Shown: piece after piece, positions 20,794 to 30,841 of the stretch | Layout: each line of letters begins with the position of its first letter | Numbering within the stretch: the stretch's first letter is position 1 | Source of the DNA: Paludibacteraceae bacterium | GTDB lineage: Bacteria > Bacteroidota > Bacteroidia > Bacteroidales > Paludibacteraceae | NCBI GenBank assembly: GCA_017456885.1 | Contig: JAFTIM010000004.1 | Coordinates: forward strand, 188,851-252,850 | Length of the DNA stretch: 64,000 nt | Direction of reading: 5' to 3' | The notes under the pieces: model-generated | The model's input: the letters and a program-made list of their open reading frames with translations, nothing else | The model's database searches: none | Told to the model about the DNA's origin: nothing | Made by a program: the position numbers and the translations under genes

Positions 20794-21590
20794 TTTCTTT
20801 GTCTTACAACTTCGTACAAAAGAATACCCGCTGAAACCGACACGTTTAACGACGCAATTTTTCCAAACATCGGAATGCGAACGTGCTTATCGCAACATTG
20901 CAAATGTTCTTCGGCAATGCCGACATCTTCCGCTCCCATGACAATTGCCACCGGAGAGGTAAAATCCGTATCAGTATAATCTTGTTGCGATTTTTCGGTT
21001 GCTGCCACAAGCTGAATACCCGACTCGGACAAGAATTTGAGAGTTGCCGTCAAATCCTCTACCCTGCAAACAGGCACCCGATGCAATGCACCTGCCGACG
21101 TTTTTATTGCATCGGCAGTGACAGAAACACCGCCCCGCATCGGCAAGATAATGGCATCAACTCCTGCACATTCGCACGTACGAGCAATTGCTCCAAAATT
21201 TCGAACATCGGTAATACCGTCTAATACCACAAAAAACGGATTTTTCCCCTCCTCGTACACACGCAACACCATCTCCTCCACATTTTGATAGGTTATTTCC
21301 GAAAGAAACGCAATTACGCCTTGATGATTTTTCTCGGTCAGCCGATTCAATTTCTCTTGCGGAACCCGTATTATAGGAAGATTCTTTTCACGGGTAGCAT
21401 CCAAAAGTTCTTTACCGATTGCACTATTCATGTCTCTGCGAATCAATATTCGGTCAAATTCCTTTCCTGCCTCTATTGCCTCCAAAACGGCACGAATACC
21501 AAATACCATTCGGTTTTCTTTCACTCGACGCTCCTTCACATTGTCAAGATAAGCCGCCTTGTGATATTTTCTGTTCTCGTTTCTCATCAT
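20790..21590 (-). CDS. rlmB: 23S rRNA 2'-O-methyltransferase, SpoU/TrmH class (RlmB-like)
   Basis: N-terminal SpoU substrate-binding region (GIRAVLEAIEAG) and C-terminal SPOUT motifs (NFGAIARTC, SLNVSVSAGILLYE). 266 aa. Confidence 0.85.
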   Translation of the reverse strand: MMRNENRKYHKAAYLDNVKERRVKENRMVFGIRAVLEAIEAGKEFDRILIRRDMNSAIGKELLDATREKNLPIIRVPQEKLNRLTEKNHQGVIAFLSEITYQNVEEMVLRVYEEGKNPFFVVLDGITDVRNFGAIARTCECAGVDAIILPMRGGVSVTADAIKTSAGALHRVPVCRVEDLTATLKFLSESGIQLVAATEKSQQDYTDTDFTSPVAIVMGAEDVGIAEEHLQCCDKHVRIPMFGKIASLNVSVSAGILLYEVVRQRK

Positions 21591-21602
21591 TTTCTAAAAA
21601 CT

Positions 21603-21633
21603 TAAAAAAGAGTGAAAGCAACCTCTCACTCTT
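21603..21633 (-). terminator. Rho-independent terminator after the zinc-ribbon gene
   Basis: Stem AAGAGTGA/TCACTCTT (21608-21615 with 21626-21633), with a T-run on the minus strand (21604-21609). Confidence 0.55.
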
Positions 21634-21659
21634 TATCCAATTATGAAAAAAATCTTTTC

Positions 21660-22430
21660 TTACTTCGATTCTTGCAATCCTGCCAATTCCGCATCGACCA
21701 ATATACGTCCGCAATATTCGCAAACAATAATTTTTTTACGCAAACGAATGTCCAACTGACGTTGTGGCGGAATCTTATTAAAGCAACCTCCGCAAGCATC
21801 ACGCTGTACAGGCACTACAGCCAATCCGTTACGTACATTCTTACGGATACGTTTAAATGCTGTCAGCAAACGAGGTTCTATCAATTCTTCCGCCTTTTTG
21901 CCCTCTTCCATCAAACGTTCTTCTTCTTGCTTTGTTTCGGTGATTATTTCGTTCAACTCACTCTTCTTTTGAGTCAAATCCAATTTGCGTTCATCACGAA
22001 ATTGTTTAGCATTAGCTACTTCGGTTTTTTTATTTTCAATAGAGAGCGTATATTCCTTTATTTTTTTCTCGCTTGCCAAAATTTCTAATTCCTGAAATTC
22101 TATTTCTTTTGACAAAGAATCGTATTCTCTGTTGTTACGGACATTATTCTGAAGTTCCGTATTTTTTGCAATTTTAGCGTGAGCTTCTTCAATCACATTT
22201 TTTTGAGCCACGATTTGTTTCTCTAAAGATTTTATTTCTTCCGTATAGTTTTGAATACGAGTTTCGTACCCTTCTATTTCGTCTTTCAAGTCTTGCACCT
22301 CCAAAGGCAACTCTCCACGCAAGGTTTTAATTTTATCAATCTCGGTAGTAACCTTTTGCAATGCATAAAGAGCCTTTAAGCGTTCTTCAACAGAAATCTC
22401 TTTTTCAACATTTTTTTCTTCTGTAGCCAT
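21660..22430 (-). CDS. Coiled-coil protein with C-terminal C4 zinc ribbon (COG1579/DUF164-like)
   Basis: Long heptad-rich region followed by CGGC...CEYCGRIL. 256 aa. Confidence 0.75.
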   Translation of the reverse strand: MATEEKNVEKEISVEERLKALYALQKVTTEIDKIKTLRGELPLEVQDLKDEIEGYETRIQNYTEEIKSLEKQIVAQKNVIEEAHAKIAKNTELQNNVRNNREYDSLSKEIEFQELEILASEKKIKEYTLSIENKKTEVANAKQFRDERKLDLTQKKSELNEIITETKQEEERLMEEGKKAEELIEPRLLTAFKRIRKNVRNGLAVVPVQRDACGGCFNKIPPQRQLDIRLRKKIIVCEYCGRILVDAELAGLQESK

Positions 22431-22433
22431 ATT

Positions 22434-23237
22434 CTATAAATAATTTATTTGATTTGTCTTAATTTTTGAAAAATGGATTGCAAATTTAGGTATTTTTTTT
22501 TGTAATTGTTCAAAAAATATCTCTTTTGTAAATTGTTCCGATTCAAAGTGTCCGATATCAGCCATCAGTATCCGACCATCGGCTGCAAAAAACGTATGAT
22601 ATTTTACATCTGCTGTTAAAAAAACATCGGCCTTACGACTTATTGCCGTTTGCAAAAACTCGCTACCGCTACCACCACAAAGTGCAACTCGTTTTACCGG
22701 TTTATTCAACAGAGGCGAATGTTTTATGCACTCTATCGCGAAAATATTTTTCAATCTGTTCAAAAAATCCAATTCATTCTCCGGCATCTCAAGTTCGCCT
22801 ATCACGCCGCTTCCAACATTTTCGTTTAGGCAACCCGATTTCGGCACCAAAGTTGTTACGTTTCGAAGACCGATTTTCTCGGCAATTTTGTAATTAACCC
22901 CTTGCGGCGCATTATCCCAACAAGTATGTGCGGCATAAACGGCCATATCATTTTTTATGGCTTTCACCACACATCGTTCAACATAGTCGGCATCTCCTAT
23001 TCGTTTTAAACCCGAAAACAGAAGTGGATGATGGCTTACAATCAACTGACACCCAAGTTCTAATGCTTCATCAATCACTTCCTCCGTAACATCTATACAA
23101 AGCAACACGGCTGATACCTCTTGCGAAGCTCTGCCCAATATCAAACCGCAATTATCATAATCCTCCTGCCACGAGAGAGGCGCAAACGCTTCCAAAACAC
23201 GACAAATTTCACCTACGGTACAAGAAAAGTTCCTCAT
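22434..23237 (-). CDS. Nif3-like dinuclear metal centre protein
   Basis: DNCGLILG, VSHHPLLF, and a C-terminal HFESE metal-ligand region. 267 aa. Confidence 0.85.
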   Translation of the reverse strand: MRNFSCTVGEICRVLEAFAPLSWQEDYDNCGLILGRASQEVSAVLLCIDVTEEVIDEALELGCQLIVSHHPLLFSGLKRIGDADYVERCVVKAIKNDMAVYAAHTCWDNAPQGVNYKIAEKIGLRNVTTLVPKSGCLNENVGSGVIGELEMPENELDFLNRLKNIFAIECIKHSPLLNKPVKRVALCGGSGSEFLQTAISRKADVFLTADVKYHTFFAADGRILMADIGHFESEQFTKEIFFEQLQKKIPKFAIHFSKIKTNQINYL

Positions 23238-23239
23238 AA

Positions 23240-24352
23240 TTAAATCATTAAATCTCTTATTACGCTATCCGACAAAAGTAATCCTTTTTGAGTCAAACAC
23301 AAACGATTGTTTTTCAACACCAGCAATTCGTTCTGTAAATATTGTTGTGCATTTTTTCTGCAATAACGATAAAACCGCTCGCCAAAACGGCAAAGAAGAA
23401 ACTCTAAATCGACCCCCTCTTTTCTTCTCAAATTCGTAATTATCAATTCATTATAAACATCTTCGCACGACAAGGTTTCTATTTCGTAATAATCGCGAAG
23501 CAAGCAATATTTTCTCGTATCGCAAACATTCCATTGACGCGAAACACCATTATAAGAGTGTGCGCCACTGCCTATACCCAAATAATGGGTTCCGTCCCAA
23601 TATGAAGAGTTATGTTTTGAACGCATACCTGATTTTGCAAAATTGGATATTTCATAATGCTCAAAACCATTTGACGTCAGATATTGTATCGCATTTTCAT
23701 ACATCAATATCGACACTTCCTCGTCTGTCGGCACAAAAATTTTCTGTTTCCGCTGTCGGTCGATTGTGGTTCCCTGTTCAAAAGTCAGACCATACACCGA
23801 AACATGAGGCACATTTAATTGCGTAACGATTCTCAAATTTTCGTTAAACGAGTCCACTCTCTGAAAGGGTAATCCGAACATCAAATCGACGCTGATATTC
23901 ACAAATCCACACCTCTGACAACGTTTTACGGCTTCGATAGCTTGTTGTGCCGAATGCCGACGATTAACAAACCTTAATTCTACATCATTAAAGCTCTGCA
24001 CACCTATACTCAAGCGATTGATTGGCAACTGTTTAAGACCAAGTACATAGTTCGCCGACAAGTCGTCAGGATTACACTCCAGCGTAACCTCTTCACATTG
24101 ACTCAAATCGAAATTTCGATTCAAAACATCAAAAACAGATGCCAACTCCTCCGTTGTTAATAACGAAGGGGTACCACCACCGAAATAGATGGTTTTTACG
24201 GGTTGATTTCCAAGGTATTTTTTTCGTAAACCAATCTCATCGCACAACGCCTTGACATATTGTTTTTTCAGTTGAAGATTGGTGCCTGAATGAAAATCGC
24301 AATAAGTACAACGTGTTTTACAAAAAGGGATATGAATATAAATTCCTGCCAT
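23240..24352 (-). CDS. hemW: Radical SAM heme chaperone HemW (oxygen-independent coproporphyrinogen oxidase-like)
   Basis: IYIHIPFCKTRCTYCDF CxxxCxxC motif. Start trimmed to MAGIY (24352). Confidence 0.85.
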   Translation of the reverse strand: MAGIYIHIPFCKTRCTYCDFHSGTNLQLKKQYVKALCDEIGLRKKYLGNQPVKTIYFGGGTPSLLTTEELASVFDVLNRNFDLSQCEEVTLECNPDDLSANYVLGLKQLPINRLSIGVQSFNDVELRFVNRRHSAQQAIEAVKRCQRCGFVNISVDLMFGLPFQRVDSFNENLRIVTQLNVPHVSVYGLTFEQGTTIDRQRKQKIFVPTDEEVSILMYENAIQYLTSNGFEHYEISNFAKSGMRSKHNSSYWDGTHYLGIGSGAHSYNGVSRQWNVCDTRKYCLLRDYYEIETLSCEDVYNELIITNLRRKEGVDLEFLLCRFGERFYRYCRKNAQQYLQNELLVLKNNRLCLTQKGLLLSDSVIRDLMI

Positions 24353-24413
24353 AAAAAAGGAACAAAAATCGCTTTCAAAGGCAAAGATACGCTTTTCTAT
24401 CGAAGAAAAAGCG

Positions 24414-24421
24414 TACATTTG
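24414..24421 (+). promoter_or_regulatory. Bacteroidetes -7 promoter box (TACATTTG) for murA
   Basis: Exact TAnnTTTG, 25 nt upstream of the ATG at 24446. Confidence 0.4.
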
Positions 24422-24445
24422 TATCTCAAAAATAACGATTTACTT

Positions 24446-25756
24446 ATGGCATTTTTTGAAATAACCGGTGGCAACAAACTGAATGGCGAAATTATCCCTC
24501 AAGGGTCTAAAAATGAAGCTCTTCAGGTTCTATGTGCCGTTTTGTTGACCAAAGATGTGGTTCAAGTTGATAACATACCTAACATTCGAGATGTAAACAA
24601 ACTGATAGAATTACTTCAGTTTTTAGGAGTAAAAACGGTAAAGACCGGTATTGATTCATACACATTTTGTGCAAAAGACATTGATATTGATGTACTCCAC
24701 AAAACGGAATATTTAAAAAAAGCCACTGAACTAAGAGGCTCTATCATGTTAGTCGGTCCGTTGTTGGCTCGGCTCGGATATGCGGTTGTGCCTCAACCCG
24801 GAGGCGATAAAATCGGGCGACGCCGATTGGATACCCACTACATCGGATTTCAAAAATTAGGAGCAGAAGTTGCCTTTAACAAAGAGTTACATTGTTACGA
24901 AATAAAAGGGGAAACATTGCAAGGATGTTACATGCTCCTTGACGAGGCCTCTGTTACCGGAACGGCAAACATCGTAATGGCATCGGTATTAGCAAAAGGC
25001 AAGACTACCATTTTCAACGCAGCATGCGAACCTTATCTATTTCAGTTGTGTTCAATGTTGAATAATATGGGAGCCAAAATATCGGGCGTAGGCTCCAACC
25101 TGCTCACAATTGAGGGAGTAGAAGAACTGCACGGTTGTTCGCATCGAATGTTGCCCGATATGATTGAGATAGGCTCTTTTATCGGACTTGCCGCCATGAC
25201 AAAATCGGACATAACGATAAAGAATGTCGGATTTGAGCATTTAGGTATCATTCCAAAAACATTTTCAAAACTCGGTATTCAGATGAATCTGACAGGCGAC
25301 GATTTGCACATTCCTTCGCAAGATTCGTACACCATAGAGCGATTTATGGACGGTTCTATTTTAACCATCTCCGATGCTCCATGGCCGGGGTTCACTCCCG
25401 ACCTTATCAGTATTGCGTTAGTGGTGGCAATTCAAGCAAAAGGCAGCGTGCTCATTCATCAGAAGATGTTTGAAAGTAGGCTTTTCTTTGTTGATAAATT
25501 GATTGACATGGGTGCCCAAATCATTTTATGCGATCCACACAGAGCAACCGTCATAGGGCTCGGGCAACAAACTCCGTTAAGAGCAGTAAATATGGTTTCT
25601 CCCGATATTCGTGCAGGAGTTGCATTGCTCATTGCAGCTCTTTCGGCAGAAGGGACAAGCCGAATAGACAACATAGAACAAATTGACAGAGGGTATCAAA
25701 ACATCGATATTCGACTGCAAAATATAGGAGCAAACATCAAGCGTTTCGATTATTAA
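24446..25756 (+). CDS. murA: UDP-N-acetylglucosamine 1-carboxyvinyltransferase
   Basis: MAFFEITGGNKLNGEI...GSKNEALQ N-terminus and PGGDKIGRRRLDTH loop. The start is set downstream of the longer ORF, which overlaps hemW. Confidence 0.95.
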   Translation: MAFFEITGGNKLNGEIIPQGSKNEALQVLCAVLLTKDVVQVDNIPNIRDVNKLIELLQFLGVKTVKTGIDSYTFCAKDIDIDVLHKTEYLKKATELRGSIMLVGPLLARLGYAVVPQPGGDKIGRRRLDTHYIGFQKLGAEVAFNKELHCYEIKGETLQGCYMLLDEASVTGTANIVMASVLAKGKTTIFNAACEPYLFQLCSMLNNMGAKISGVGSNLLTIEGVEELHGCSHRMLPDMIEIGSFIGLAAMTKSDITIKNVGFEHLGIIPKTFSKLGIQMNLTGDDLHIPSQDSYTIERFMDGSILTISDAPWPGFTPDLISIALVVAIQAKGSVLIHQKMFESRLFFVDKLIDMGAQIILCDPHRATVIGLGQQTPLRAVNMVSPDIRAGVALLIAALSAEGTSRIDNIEQIDRGYQNIDIRLQNIGANIKRFDY

Positions 25757-25773
25757 ACAAAACATTTTTAGAC

Positions 25774-26640
25774 ATGCAAACAGAATCAAAAACAGCAATA
25801 TTACTAATGCACTGCCCTGACAAACAAGGAATTTTGGCAGTTGTAACCGATTTTATAAATAAAAACGGAGGAAACATCGTTTATCTTGACCAATATGTTG
25901 ACCGAACGGAAAAAATATTTTTCATGCGCGCAGAATGGGAACTGAACGATTTTATCATACCAGACGAAAAAATCGAAGAATATTTTGCAACGCTTTATGC
26001 TCAAAAATATAACATGGATTTTAAGTTATATTTCAGCAATCAACTTCCCCGTATGGCTATTTTCGTATCCAAAATGTCGCATTGCCTTTACGACATGTTG
26101 GCACGATATACGTCCAACGAATGGAAAGTAGAGATTCCTCTGATTATCAGCAATCACCCCGACATGCAAGAAACGGCCAAACGATTCAACATTGAGTATC
26201 ATTATTTTCCAATAACCAAAGAAAACAAACAAGAGCAAGAGGCAAAAGAACTTGAATTGCTCAAAAAATATAACATCAACTTCATTGTGTTAGCTCGTTA
26301 CATGCAAGTTTTGTCTGCCGACTTCATCACTCATTACGAACAAAAAATAATCAACATTCATCACTCGTTTTTACCCGCATTTGTAGGTGCAAAGCCTTAT
26401 CATGCGGCATTTGAGCGCGGAGTAAAACTCATTGGAGCGACAAGCCATTATGTAACAAGCGATTTAGATGCCGGTCCGATTATCGAACAAGACATTGTAC
26501 GCATTTCGCATAAAGACACCATAGAAAATCTGATTGCCAAAGGTCGCGATTTAGAAAAAATTGTTCTTTCAAGAGCAGTAGGAAAACATATCGAGCGGAA
26601 AATTCTCACTTACAAAAACAAAACCGTAGTGTTCAATTAA
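25774..26640 (+). CDS. purU: Formyltetrahydrofolate deformylase
   Basis: N-terminal ACT domain plus a formyltransferase core (NIHHSFLPAF, SHYVTSDLDAGPII). 288 aa. Confidence 0.9.
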   Translation: MQTESKTAILLMHCPDKQGILAVVTDFINKNGGNIVYLDQYVDRTEKIFFMRAEWELNDFIIPDEKIEEYFATLYAQKYNMDFKLYFSNQLPRMAIFVSKMSHCLYDMLARYTSNEWKVEIPLIISNHPDMQETAKRFNIEYHYFPITKENKQEQEAKELELLKKYNINFIVLARYMQVLSADFITHYEQKIINIHHSFLPAFVGAKPYHAAFERGVKLIGATSHYVTSDLDAGPIIEQDIVRISHKDTIENLIAKGRDLEKIVLSRAVGKHIERKILTYKNKTVVFN

Positions 26641-26655
26641 CATAAAAGAAAAAGT

Positions 26656-28125
26656 ATGGAAACTTTTGCCATCGTACTGATTTTCTGTGTAATCGTTTTC
26701 ATGCTTTGCTCTCTTTTTTCGAATAAAATTGTTCGATATGTGCTTGCCCTATCAGGCTCTTTGTTTATTGTTTTACAAGCGGCATCAATATATTTTACTC
26801 AAACATTTATCGGATATCAATTCTATGTACATTGCAATCTGAATGCGACAAAGGGATTCTCTCTCTATTTTATTTTTCACATTTTTGCCGCCGTTGCATT
26901 GCTTTTTGCTTTATGCTTCGCATTTATAAAATGGAGTAATACAAAACAAAACGGGAGCATTCGTTTTTTTTCTGTCGTTTGCATTTTATTGTCCGTTTTT
27001 GCAGTTTGTTCCAACAAAAAATTTATCAGAGACAGTCGTACTTTGAGTTCGATATTCAGCAACGAGGTCCAATCGTTTCAAAAAACGCTTAACCAAAACA
27101 ACATGAGCGACTACACGCTTGCTCGCCACATTGTTTGTAAAAATCAAACACCAAAAAACATCATTGTTCTTTCGTTGGAATCTTACGAGAAAGCATTTAT
27201 TGAGGATAAAAATTTCGAGTTGTTAACTCCCAATTTAAGACGACTCAAAAGCGTATGGAATTACATCAATCTGAATCAAAATATAGGAAGTTCATGGACA
27301 AGCGGGTCTATCTATACTTATCTAACCGGATTCCCCGCTTTCTTCGGAGTACATGGAAACTCTATCTTTCAAACATCTTATCATACCGAAATTGCAAGCG
27401 TTTCGCAAATACTTAAACAATCGGGACATAACACGTTTTTTCTGATAGGCAATGCCGAGCATTCGGGGCTACAAGATATGCTCACTACGTTGTCTATAGA
27501 CTCGATAATCGACGATCGTTCTTTTCACAATCTATATCCCGAAAGCAATTACGGATTAAGGGACAAGGACTTGTTTGAAATAGCAAAATCACTCATCATT
27601 GAGCAAACAAAAGCGGACTTGCCTTTTGCCATCTTCATTTCAACTACCGACACACACGCTCCCAACGGCATATACGACCAACGTATGGAAACCGTTTTAA
27701 ACAGAGCGTTTTACAAAAACGATTTAGAATTTATGATTGCGGCAGTTGATTTTATAGTAGGCGACTTTGTCGATTTTCTGCAACGAAACAACATTTTGAA
27801 CACTTCTACGCTGTTTATTTTTCCCGATCATCTAAAAATGGGTAATCCAGCCATGTTTAAAAATAACGAACGAGGTCTGTTTCTATTGAGTAACACGGGA
27901 AACGACTTGCTTAAAATATCACCCGAGAAGCCTTTGTATCAGATAGATTTGCCAAAACTTATTTTAAATGGAGCCGGCATTCAACACAATGCAAAATTTC
28001 TAACCGATTATATCGGCAACGACATCAATTATTTAGAGAATCACATAAAAGAACTTACCGCCATCAATGTCAACGGGTTATTAAGAAGCGACACGACCCG
28101 CATTCCTCAAGAATTCAGAAAATAA
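26656..28125 (+). CDS. Membrane-anchored sulfatase-like / LTA-synthase family protein
   Basis: About 4-5 N-terminal TM helices followed by an alkaline-phosphatase-superfamily domain (VLSLESYE, TTDTHAP). 489 aa. Confidence 0.7.
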   Translation: METFAIVLIFCVIVFMLCSLFSNKIVRYVLALSGSLFIVLQAASIYFTQTFIGYQFYVHCNLNATKGFSLYFIFHIFAAVALLFALCFAFIKWSNTKQNGSIRFFSVVCILLSVFAVCSNKKFIRDSRTLSSIFSNEVQSFQKTLNQNNMSDYTLARHIVCKNQTPKNIIVLSLESYEKAFIEDKNFELLTPNLRRLKSVWNYINLNQNIGSSWTSGSIYTYLTGFPAFFGVHGNSIFQTSYHTEIASVSQILKQSGHNTFFLIGNAEHSGLQDMLTTLSIDSIIDDRSFHNLYPESNYGLRDKDLFEIAKSLIIEQTKADLPFAIFISTTDTHAPNGIYDQRMETVLNRAFYKNDLEFMIAAVDFIVGDFVDFLQRNNILNTSTLFIFPDHLKMGNPAMFKNNERGLFLLSNTGNDLLKISPEKPLYQIDLPKLILNGAGIQHNAKFLTDYIGNDINYLENHIKELTAINVNGLLRSDTTRIPQEFRK

Positions 28126-28834
28126 GCCGCATTTTGCAAATAGAATCTGTATGACGTTTGATTTCAAATAGCATTTCGTGTTCCGATGTATTTTCTTTAT
28201 GGAAAGTAAGCACATCGTCAAGCAAAGCCTCGTTTATATATTGCAATTCAAAGCGGACAATACGATTATCTTTAAAGAAGACAGCAGGATTTTCTATCGT
28301 ATCCAACAGCCATTCCACATACTTGGCACTATTGGCATGATAGTTCAAATCAATATCACTATACCTTACCTTGTATTCAGTCAAAGGCGCTGTCTGTATC
28401 GAAGGGATTTTTTGCGGACGTTCGCACAACGAGGGCTTTTCTACTACAAACGAAGCACAATTCATAGTCAAATCAACAGCACGACGCGTTTCTATGTCTA
28501 TCATTGCCCAAATAGAAGTTGCCGAACCTATCACGTTCCCTTTTTCATCTCTTATGCAAAAATTTCTCGTTGTAAACAGACGACTCACGTTTTCAACCCA
28601 TGTTTCTATGGAAATGGTTTCATCACCTTTAGGAATTTCATTCATTTCAACTGCAATACGCGACAGCACCCAAGTGTGATTGTTTGTATTTATCTGTTGT
28701 ATACCAAAGTGGTTTTCGGCAGCATTGCGTCCGGCCGTTTCCAACAAATAGCATATTAAACGGGTTATTTTCAATCGTCTTGAAAAATCCACGTCTTGCA
28801 AGGTAATTTGATAGGTATAAGTAGCCGTTTTCAT
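28115..28834 (-). CDS. Acyl-ACP thioesterase
   Basis: Double hot-dog layout with the DVDFSRRLKI and YSDIDLNYHANSAKY motifs seen in FatA/B-like thioesterases. 239 aa. Confidence 0.8.
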   Translation of the reverse strand: MKTATYTYQITLQDVDFSRRLKITRLICYLLETAGRNAAENHFGIQQINTNNHTWVLSRIAVEMNEIPKGDETISIETWVENVSRLFTTRNFCIRDEKGNVIGSATSIWAMIDIETRRAVDLTMNCASFVVEKPSLCERPQKIPSIQTAPLTEYKVRYSDIDLNYHANSAKYVEWLLDTIENPAVFFKDNRIVRFELQYINEALLDDVLTFHKENTSEHEMLFEIKRHTDSICKMRLIF

Positions 28835-29424
28835 CCGTTTTTATTTTTTCGGTAGTTGTTTTGACGTTGCTTTTTACGAGCGACTAAATCTTTGGAATTT
28901 TTCAACGAAAGGTCCTTAAATGTCAATTTTCCTCCCGACAATTCCAACAAATCGTTTTGTATTTTATCATCATCTACGGCATCTTTATTCCACGTCAGAT
29001 ACTGCTTTTTCATGTAATTTGCGATGAACGAAACAAAACAATCGCGTCGTTCACCCTCCTCCATTTCCAAAGCAACACTTATCATATCATGCACCAAATG
29101 ACCATAATGCATATAGCGTATTTGCGACGAAGGATAAGGTATTTTCTGCACCTTTTCAGTGCTTTTATCTTTCGGGATAATCTCATACGGATAGTCGATG
29201 TCAAGTCGGTAACGCGACATCATTGCCAAATGATCCCAAAGTTTATGTTTAAACTCATTGACATCACGCAAACAAGGGAACATATTGCCCATTACGCTGA
29301 TTATCGTTTGCGCACATCTCATGCGTTCTTCTCTATCGGGAATGGTAATTGCATGCTCTACCATTTGTTGCATATTCCGCCCATATTCAGGCATTATCAA
29401 ATCGGTTCGTTGAGGATACTCCAT
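28831..29424 (-). CDS. DUF4290 domain protein
   Basis: PEYGRNMQQMVEHA...REERMRCAQTIISVMG matches the conserved Bacteroidetes DUF4290 family as I recall it. 197 aa. Confidence 0.65.
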   Translation of the reverse strand: MEYPQRTDLIMPEYGRNMQQMVEHAITIPDREERMRCAQTIISVMGNMFPCLRDVNEFKHKLWDHLAMMSRYRLDIDYPYEIIPKDKSTEKVQKIPYPSSQIRYMHYGHLVHDMISVALEMEEGERRDCFVSFIANYMKKQYLTWNKDAVDDDKIQNDLLELSGGKLTFKDLSLKNSKDLVARKKQRQNNYRKNKNG

Positions 29425-29428
29425 CAGT

Positions 29429-30118
29429 TTAAAATTTTTGTTTTGGAATGGTAGCTATAAATTGTTTCAGATAAAAAGGCTCAAAATAAGCTATGTCTTT
29501 AAAATCGTGTCCTTCAAAAGCCTGCTCCACCAATCGAATCATCATTTGAGCCGATGGATAAATAGTTTCATCAAAAAAAGCATTCGAGTGATTCAGCAAC
29601 ATTTTGCATTTCGACACACCATTGCCAAAAAAGCAGATTTTATTGTCTTGCAGTAAATCGTCATAACAACCTTGCTCTATTATATCGGCCGAGGTAGGAC
29701 GCATCACCGACAAATCTGCATTATAAAACGCATTGTACACTTCCATTCTTCGTGCATCTATCATCGGACACAGCAACGTACCGTCATCGACAAAATGTTT
29801 TTCCTTGAACGCATTAGCCATAATTTTCAACGTATCAATGGCTATCAACGGAACCGACCAGCCATAACAAAGACCTTTTGCCGTAGAAACACCGATACGC
29901 AATCCAGTATAAGATCCGGGACCTGAGCTGACTGCCACTGCATCCACCTTCAGCGAGTGTTGTTGCAAAAACGTGCAAATTTCTTTTAAAAACAACGGCA
30001 ATAAGCGTGCATGCGATTGTGCTTCAAAATCGATTTTTTGCAACAAACAATCTCCGTTTTTCGACAAGGCTGCCGAACAAACCGTAGTAGATGTTTCTAT
30101 ATGAAGAATTACTGCCAT
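29429..30118 (-). CDS. tsaB: tRNA t6A biosynthesis protein TsaB
   Basis: ILHIETSTTVCSAAL...GPGSYTGLRIG motif. 229 aa. Confidence 0.85.
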   Translation of the reverse strand: MAVILHIETSTTVCSAALSKNGDCLLQKIDFEAQSHARLLPLFLKEICTFLQQHSLKVDAVAVSSGPGSYTGLRIGVSTAKGLCYGWSVPLIAIDTLKIMANAFKEKHFVDDGTLLCPMIDARRMEVYNAFYNADLSVMRPTSADIIEQGCYDDLLQDNKICFFGNGVSKCKMLLNHSNAFFDETIYPSAQMMIRLVEQAFEGHDFKDIAYFEPFYLKQFIATIPKQKF

Positions 30119-30186
30119 TAGGATATTAAAGTGTGCAAAATTACGCTATTTTATCTGTAACAGGAAAACAATTCGTTAAAATTCGA

Positions 30187-30194
30187 TAATTTTG
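30187..30194 (+). promoter_or_regulatory. Bacteroidetes -7 promoter box (TAATTTTG) for gmk
   Basis: Exact TAnnTTTG, 29 nt upstream of the ATG at 30223. Confidence 0.4.
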
Positions 30195-30222
30195 CACAGG
30201 TCAAAAACATGTTATAGCATTT

Positions 30223-30789
30223 ATGGGAAAACTCATTATTGTTTCTGCACCTTCGGGAGCAGGAAAAAGCACTCTTATCAACCATCTTTTATCCATCGGA
30301 TACGATTTTTCGTTTTCTATTTCAGCGACAAGTCGTCCTCCGCGCGGAAACGAACGAAACGGCGTTGAATATTTCTTTTTGTCGCCTGACGATTTCAAAC
30401 AAAAGATTAAAAATCAAGAATTTATAGAATACGAAGAGGTTTATCCGAATTGTTTTTACGGTACCCTAAAATCGGAAGTCGACAAGGCACTTGACAAAGG
30501 AAGGACTATACTTTTCGATGTTGACGTAAAAGGCGGAATCAACATTAAAAACATATACAAAGACAATGCACTTTCCATTTTTATAGAGCCACCCTCTATC
30601 AATGCGTTAAGGGAGCGACTTGAGAAAAGAAATACAGACTCAAAAGAGATGATTGAAAAACGTATTGCCAAAGCTACCGAGGAATTGACTTATGCCCCGT
30701 TTTTCGATACGAGAGTAATAAACGACAACCTTGATACGGCAAAAAAAACTATCGAAACGCTTGTGAAAAATTTCTTGGAAAACGATTAA
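30223..30789 (+). CDS. gmk: Guanylate kinase
   Basis: P-loop SAPSGAGKST, TSRPPRGNE, YFF. 188 aa. Confidence 0.95.
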   Translation: MGKLIIVSAPSGAGKSTLINHLLSIGYDFSFSISATSRPPRGNERNGVEYFFLSPDDFKQKIKNQEFIEYEEVYPNCFYGTLKSEVDKALDKGRTILFDVDVKGGINIKNIYKDNALSIFIEPPSINALRERLEKRNTDSKEMIEKRIAKATEELTYAPFFDTRVINDNLDTAKKTIETLVKNFLEND

Positions 30790-30794
30790 AAAAC

Positions 30795-30802
30795 TACCTT
30801 TG
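30795..30802 (+). promoter_or_regulatory. Bacteroidetes -7 promoter box (TACCTTTG) for thrS
   Basis: Exact TAnnTTTG, 40 nt upstream of the ATG at 30842. Confidence 0.4.
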
Positions 30803-30841
30803 CCGTTCATAATAAAAAACCATTTGTAAGGTAAAATAAAG